Below, one piece after another: positions 60,013 through 64,000 of a DNA stretch of 64,000 nucleotides (position 1 is the stretch's first letter; each line of letters starts with the position of its first letter). The notes beneath the pieces are model-generated. The model was not told where the DNA came from. It did not search any database and worked only from the letters and a program-made list of their open reading frames with translations. This DNA is from an uncultured Clostridia bacterium (lineage in GTDB: Bacteria > Bacillota > Clostridia > Oscillospirales > Butyricicoccaceae), in NCBI GenBank assembly GCA_947856675.1, contig CANUCM010000067.1, forward strand, positions 8,864-72,863, in the 5' to 3' direction. Made by a program: the position numbers and the translations under genes.

Positions 60013-60603
60013 ATGATTTTAAAAAATGCGGAGTTTGTGCGCTCAGCTGCCGACGCTTCGGGCTTTCCCCGGGACGGACGGCCCCGCATCGTCTTTGCCG
60101 GACGCTCCAATGTCGGCAAGTCATCCACCATTAACTCACTTGTCGGTCGTAAAGGTTTTGCCCGGGTCAGTGCATCCCCGGGCAAAACCGTGTTTGTCAA
60201 CCTTTTCCTTGCCGAACAGCGTATCTGGCTTGTCGATTTGCCGGGCTACGGCTATTCCAAAACCTCAGCCCAGGAACGGCAGCGTTATTCTGCTCTGATT
60301 GAGCAATATCTTGACGATGACATGGAAAACATCCACCGGTTTATGCTGATTGTCGACATCCGCCACGCCCCGACCGCCGATGACCGGCTCATGGCCGACT
60401 GGGCCAGAGCCTATCATCTGCCGCTCGTCGTGATTGCCAATAAGGCGGACAAGCTCAAACCCTCACAGCTCCGGGAAAGCCTTGCCGCCGTGCGCGCGGG
60501 CCTTGCCGTAGATGAAACCGTTCCCGTTTTCGCATTTTCCGCCGAAAAACACACCGGAAGAGATGATGTGATTCGCGAAATCTTTTCCGGCCTGAGGGAG
60601 TAA
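60013..60603 (+). CDS. engB: ribosome biogenesis GTP-binding protein YsxC/EngB
   Basis: 196 aa with GRSNVGKSS, DLPGYGY and NKADK motifs. The lon-ysxC synteny matches Bacillus. Confidence 0.9.
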   Translation: MILKNAEFVRSAADASGFPRDGRPRIVFAGRSNVGKSSTINSLVGRKGFARVSASPGKTVFVNLFLAEQRIWLVDLPGYGYSKTSAQERQRYSALIEQYLDDDMENIHRFMLIVDIRHAPTADDRLMADWARAYHLPLVVIANKADKLKPSQLRESLAAVRAGLAVDETVPVFAFSAEKHTGRDDVIREIFSGLRE

Positions 60604-60610
60604 AAACAGT

Positions 60611-61921
60611 ATGAAGCAGGAGCTTTTCAGCAATCATTTTGCCGTCGGAAACAATGGCTGCCTTGTTTTTGACGGCTTGGATCTTGTACAGGCAGCAAAA
60701 ACTTTCAAAACGCCGGCATACTTTATCAGCGAAGCGGTCGTTCGGGAGAATTGCCGTGCCTACATGCGGGCCATGCGCCAGCAGTTCGGCGAGCGCTTCA
60801 AGGTCGCCTACGCCAGCAAGGCGCTGTGCTCCAGTTTTATTTACCCCATACTGCAAAGCGAAGGGCTCAATGCCGATGTGGTGTCTGGCGGAGAGCTTTA
60901 CACGGCGCTGCACGCCGGATTTCCCGCGCAAAAACTGCATTTTCATGGCAACAATAAAACCGATGACGAATTGCTGCAGGCAGTGCAGTGCGGCATCGGT
61001 TCGGTTGTGATTGACTGCCTGGATGAAATCGAAAGGCTCGACGCTGTTTGCCGGCATTTGGAAAAGAAAATTCCCGTTTTGCTGCGGGTCAAGCCCGGTG
61101 TTGACGCCCATACGCACGAGTTTATCAGCACCGGACACAATGACTGCAAGTTCGGGTTTGGCATTGAGGACGGCCAGGTTTTTGAAGCGGCCGAAATGCT
61201 GTCCCGCTGCAAGTTTCTTGACTTCTGCGGCCTTCACTGCCATATAGGCTCTCAGGTTTTTCTGAAAGAGCCCTTTGGTATCGCAGCCGGCGTCATGGTT
61301 GCGCTGTTTGCCCGCCTGAACAAAGAGTACGGCTTCTCTTTGCGCGAACTCATTTTGGGCGGTGGATTCGGCGTGCGGTATATGCCCGAAGATACCCCTG
61401 TACCCATTCCGGAAATGGTGAGTTATTTGGGGCAGTGCCTTCGCGAAAGCTGCTCGCAGCATGGCATTGATGTGCCAGAAATTGTTATCGAACCGGGGCG
61501 TTCCATTATCTGCACCGCCGGTGTTATTCTGTATACCGTGGGTTCGGTCAAAAAAATCCCCCATGCCCGAACCTATGTTTCGGTCGACGGCGGCATGCCC
61601 GACAACCCGCGTTATGCCCTGTATCAGGCGCAGTATGACGCCTGCATCGCCGATCGCGCTGCGCAGGAAAAAAGCGAAATTGTCACCATTGCCGGAAAAT
61701 GCTGCGAAAGCGGCGATCTCATCTCCCGGGACATCCCGCTTCAGCCGGCCCGGCGCGGCGACACCCTGTGTGTTTTTTCCACCGGCGCCTATACATATTC
61801 CATGGCTTCCAATTATAACCGCCTGCCGCGCCCGCCCGTCGTTGTGATTCAAAACGGCTGCGGCCGGGTCGTGGTACGCAGGGAAACCTACGAAGATCTG
61901 GTGCGCAATGACGTCATATAA
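60611..61921 (+). CDS. lysA: diaminopimelate decarboxylase
   Basis: 436 aa with the PLP-Lys motif YASKA, plus HIGSQ, EPGRS and GAYTYSMASNYN. Confidence 0.9.
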   Translation: MKQELFSNHFAVGNNGCLVFDGLDLVQAAKTFKTPAYFISEAVVRENCRAYMRAMRQQFGERFKVAYASKALCSSFIYPILQSEGLNADVVSGGELYTALHAGFPAQKLHFHGNNKTDDELLQAVQCGIGSVVIDCLDEIERLDAVCRHLEKKIPVLLRVKPGVDAHTHEFISTGHNDCKFGFGIEDGQVFEAAEMLSRCKFLDFCGLHCHIGSQVFLKEPFGIAAGVMVALFARLNKEYGFSLRELILGGGFGVRYMPEDTPVPIPEMVSYLGQCLRESCSQHGIDVPEIVIEPGRSIICTAGVILYTVGSVKKIPHARTYVSVDGGMPDNPRYALYQAQYDACIADRAAQEKSEIVTIAGKCCESGDLISRDIPLQPARRGDTLCVFSTGAYTYSMASNYNRLPRPPVVVIQNGCGRVVVRRETYEDLVRNDVI

Positions 61922-61994
61922 ACCGGCGCGCTGAGACGCCGGAAGGGAGGAACCCGCTATTCTGTTTACAACTTCACTCCGCGATCTTCTGATC

Positions 61995-62612
61995 GTGATC
62001 CCAGCCGCACTGCTTGCCATTACATTTCATGAAATGGCGCATGGCTGGGCTGCCTGGGCGCTTGGCGACCCCACTGCCAAAAATGCCGGCCGCCTGACCC
62101 TTAACCCGCTGGATCACATAGATCCCATCGGTTTTTTATGTATTCTGGTCGCCGGAATCGGCTGGGCCAAGCCGGTCCCCATCAACCCGTTTCATTTTAA
62201 ACACCGCAAGCGCGACATTGCCTTGACCGCCCTTGCCGGACCGGCCGCCAACATTCTGCTGTGCTTTCTCTGCTTTCTTGTCGCTTTTGGGATATTGTAT
62301 TTTCCCGCGGGGGAAATCCTTCGCGCGCTGGCACAGTTTTTAATTATCACGGCCTCCATCAGCGCAGGACTTGCCGTATTCAACCTGATTCCCATTCCTC
62401 CGCTGGACGGCTCAAAAATTCTCTACTCGCTTTTGCCCAACCGCCTTCTTGCCAAGATTATCCCCTACGAAGGACCCATGCGCTTTGTACTGCTCGTCGC
62501 GGTTTTTCTGGGCGCGCTGGACGGGGTGATCGGCGCAGGGCAGAGCTTTGTCATCAACACTGCCATGTCCCTGTGTTTCCGGCTTTTTACCCTTATCAGC
62601 GGGGTGTTGTAA
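61995..62612 (+). CDS. M50-family site-2 protease-like zinc metalloprotease (YwhC-like)
   Basis: HEMAHG and NLIPIPPLDGSKIL motifs. The track start GTG 61995 leaves only 11 residues before the HExxH. The true start may be ATT 61959 or CTG 61962, behind AGGGAGG (61944-61950). Confidence 0.8.
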   Translation: MIPAALLAITFHEMAHGWAAWALGDPTAKNAGRLTLNPLDHIDPIGFLCILVAGIGWAKPVPINPFHFKHRKRDIALTALAGPAANILLCFLCFLVAFGILYFPAGEILRALAQFLIITASISAGLAVFNLIPIPPLDGSKILYSLLPNRLLAKIIPYEGPMRFVLLVAVFLGALDGVIGAGQSFVINTAMSLCFRLFTLISGVL

Positions 62613-62613
62613 A

Positions 62614-63339
62614 TTGCAGCCGGTAACCTTTCATCTCCCCGTGTTTGACGGGCCCCTGGATCTGCTTTTGCACCTGATTTCCAAAAACAAAGTCAGCATC
62701 TATGACATTCCCGTTTCGGATATTTTGGAGCAATATCTTGAGTATCTTGCCCGCATGCGGGAGTTCGACATGGACATTGCCGCGGATTTTATCTCGATGG
62801 CCGCGCAGCTGATGGTTATCAAGTCCCGGATGCTTTTGCCCGTGTACGAGGAAGAAGGGCAGGAAGATCCCCGCGCCGAACTGGTTGAGGCGCTGTTGGA
62901 ATATCAGCGCTTTAAGCAAATCGGAGGGTACCTTGGCACCCGTGCAGAGCTTGGCCGCGACTTGTTTGTCAAGCAGCCGGAAACGCTGGAAAAACAGCCG
63001 CAGGAGTATCATTACACTGCAGATGCGCTGACCCGGGCCATATGCAGCATTCTGGAGCGTTCCGAGCGGCGCATGCCGCCGCCTGTTTCTGCTTTTTCCG
63101 GCATTGTCGGCAAAGAACCTGTGCCGGTGGGGCAGAAAATTGAAATGCTCGTGCACTTGTTTACCCGCCAGCGCACAATTTCTCTGAAGCAGGTTGTGCT
63201 GGAATGCCGCAGCCGCTCTGAAGTGGTCGCGTTGTTTCTGGCGGTTCTGGAGCTTTCCAAAGTCCACAAAATTTATATTGAGGACGGGGATGCAGATTGC
63301 AGCCTGTCCCTCGCGGAGGAATCCCAATGGAACAGTTAA
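62614..63339 (+). CDS. scpA: segregation and condensation protein A
   Basis: TTG 62614 comes directly after the upstream stop. The family N-terminus is (M)QPVTFHLPVFDGPLDLLLHLI. The product is 241 aa. Confidence 0.88.
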   Translation: MQPVTFHLPVFDGPLDLLLHLISKNKVSIYDIPVSDILEQYLEYLARMREFDMDIAADFISMAAQLMVIKSRMLLPVYEEEGQEDPRAELVEALLEYQRFKQIGGYLGTRAELGRDLFVKQPETLEKQPQEYHYTADALTRAICSILERSERRMPPPVSAFSGIVGKEPVPVGQKIEMLVHLFTRQRTISLKQVVLECRSRSEVVALFLAVLELSKVHKIYIEDGDADCSLSLAEESQWNS

Positions 63340-63890
63340 CCGAGCTTTGCTGCGCCTTGGAAGCCGTCCTTTTTGCCGCGGGCGAACCCGTGCCGGACAG
63401 CCGGCTGTGCGCCGTTCTCGGTGTCGACAAACAGGCCCTGGCTGAAGCGGCCAGCATGCTTTCGGACGAATATGATTTTTCCCGCAGAGGCATCCGCCTT
63501 TTGACCCTGGAAAACGCATACCAGCTCTGTTCCCGCGCAGACTATGCTCAACAGGTCCGTGCCGTACTCGAAACCCGCCGCGCACCGGCGCTTTCGTCTT
63601 CTGCGCTGGAGGTTTTGGCCATTATCGCTTACAAACAGCCGGTCACCAAAACCTATATCGAGCAGGTGCGCGGTGTCGACAGCAGCGGCACCGTAAACAC
63701 CCTGCAGGAAAAGGGCCTCATTGAGGACTGCGGACGGCTGGATGTCCCCGGGCGACCTATTTTATACCGTACAACAGACGCGTTTCTGCGCTCTTTTGGT
63801 TTGTCTTCCATCTCGCAGCTTCCCGATCTTTCCGAGCCTTTGGGGCAGGAAATGGAGCAAATGTCCTTAGAGAATACGGCGGAGGGATAG
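63327..63890 (+). CDS. scpB: segregation and condensation protein B
   Basis: ATG 63327 lies behind GGAGGA and overlaps the scpA end. LEAVLFAAGEPV and IAYKQPVT motifs are present. The product is 187 aa. Confidence 0.9.
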   Translation: MEQLTELCCALEAVLFAAGEPVPDSRLCAVLGVDKQALAEAASMLSDEYDFSRRGIRLLTLENAYQLCSRADYAQQVRAVLETRRAPALSSSALEVLAIIAYKQPVTKTYIEQVRGVDSSGTVNTLQEKGLIEDCGRLDVPGRPILYRTTDAFLRSFGLSSISQLPDLSEPLGQEMEQMSLENTAEG

Positions 63891-63892
63891 CC

Positions 63893-64000
63893 TTGAAGTG
63901 GATTGTTCTGGCGCCCCTTTCCGTTTTGGGCGCGCTTGCAGCTCTCCTGGTGCTTGCCATGCTGCTGCGAATCGGCGTTCGCGTGCACATTCGGCAGGAA
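63893..64000 (+). CDS. partial ORF encoding a hydrophobic N-terminus (unknown membrane protein), truncated by the window end
   Basis: TTG 63893 lies 5 nt after GGAGGGA. The translation is (M)KWIVLAPLSVLGALAALLVLAMLLRIGVRVHIRQE and stays open to the window edge. Confidence 0.35.
   Translation, partial: MKWIVLAPLSVLGALAALLVLAMLLRIGVRVHIRQE

Noticed and set aside
60604-60610. Lysine (L-box) riboswitch expected upstream of lysA
   Set aside because: Only 7 nt separate engB and lysA, so there is no room for a riboswitch. lysA appears to be co-transcribed with lon-engB.
60455-62020. 521-aa minus-strand ORF across engB, lysA and the M50 gene start
   Set aside because: It is antisense to three supported genes and crosses their boundaries. 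It has no motifs.

Overview
This 64-kb window is a core chromosomal region of a high-GC, spore-forming Firmicute. The protein sequences and B. subtilis-like synteny suggest class Clostridia, probably Oscillospiraceae/Ruminococcaceae-like, but that is inference. About 65 protein-coding genes are supported.

Gene content, in order:
- An 8-gene, translationally coupled aromatic amino-acid supraoperon, aroF-tyrA-aroB-aroA-aroC-pheA-aroE/aroK-aroQ (227-8270).
- ypeB and a class-I aminotransferase.
- tagO-mnaA plus an exported unknown protein.
- A tightly packed operon of three small unknown proteins (14155-15198, minus strand).
- A yfcE-like phosphoesterase, nth, glyA and a CPBP protease.
- The yaaO-like/darA/holB/ricT block with alr, a FemAB-family transferase, a HAD hydrolase and gap.
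- A histidine-kinase-like protein that lacks the phospho-acceptor His.
- A GT4-CsaB fusion protein.
- The full F-type ATP synthase operon, atpZ-I-B-E-F-H-A-G-D-C.
- A sporulation cluster: SipL-like DUF3794/LysM protein, spoIVA, an M23 peptidase and a short M50 protease.
- A radical-SAM pair, rplS-lepB-rbgA-rnhB-yraN, tig-clpP-clpX, oppBCDF, lon-engB-lysA, a second M50 protease and scpA-scpB.

I saw no rRNA or tRNA genes, CRISPR arrays, transposases, integrases or prophage genes.

The most interesting signal lies below the ORF-track size cutoff. A 30-codon leader ORF (31-123) with a good Shine-Dalgarno sequence encodes MYLAAAFVFAYYYYFYFTENKVKAICDAKM, which contains 6 Tyr and 4 Phe. A strong intrinsic terminator (168-203) follows it and ends 7 nt before the aroF ribosome-binding site. 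Together they look like a ribosome-mediated Tyr/Phe attenuator controlling an operon that contains both tyrA and pheA.

Many long antisense ORFs in the track are GC-driven shadow ORFs and were rejected.
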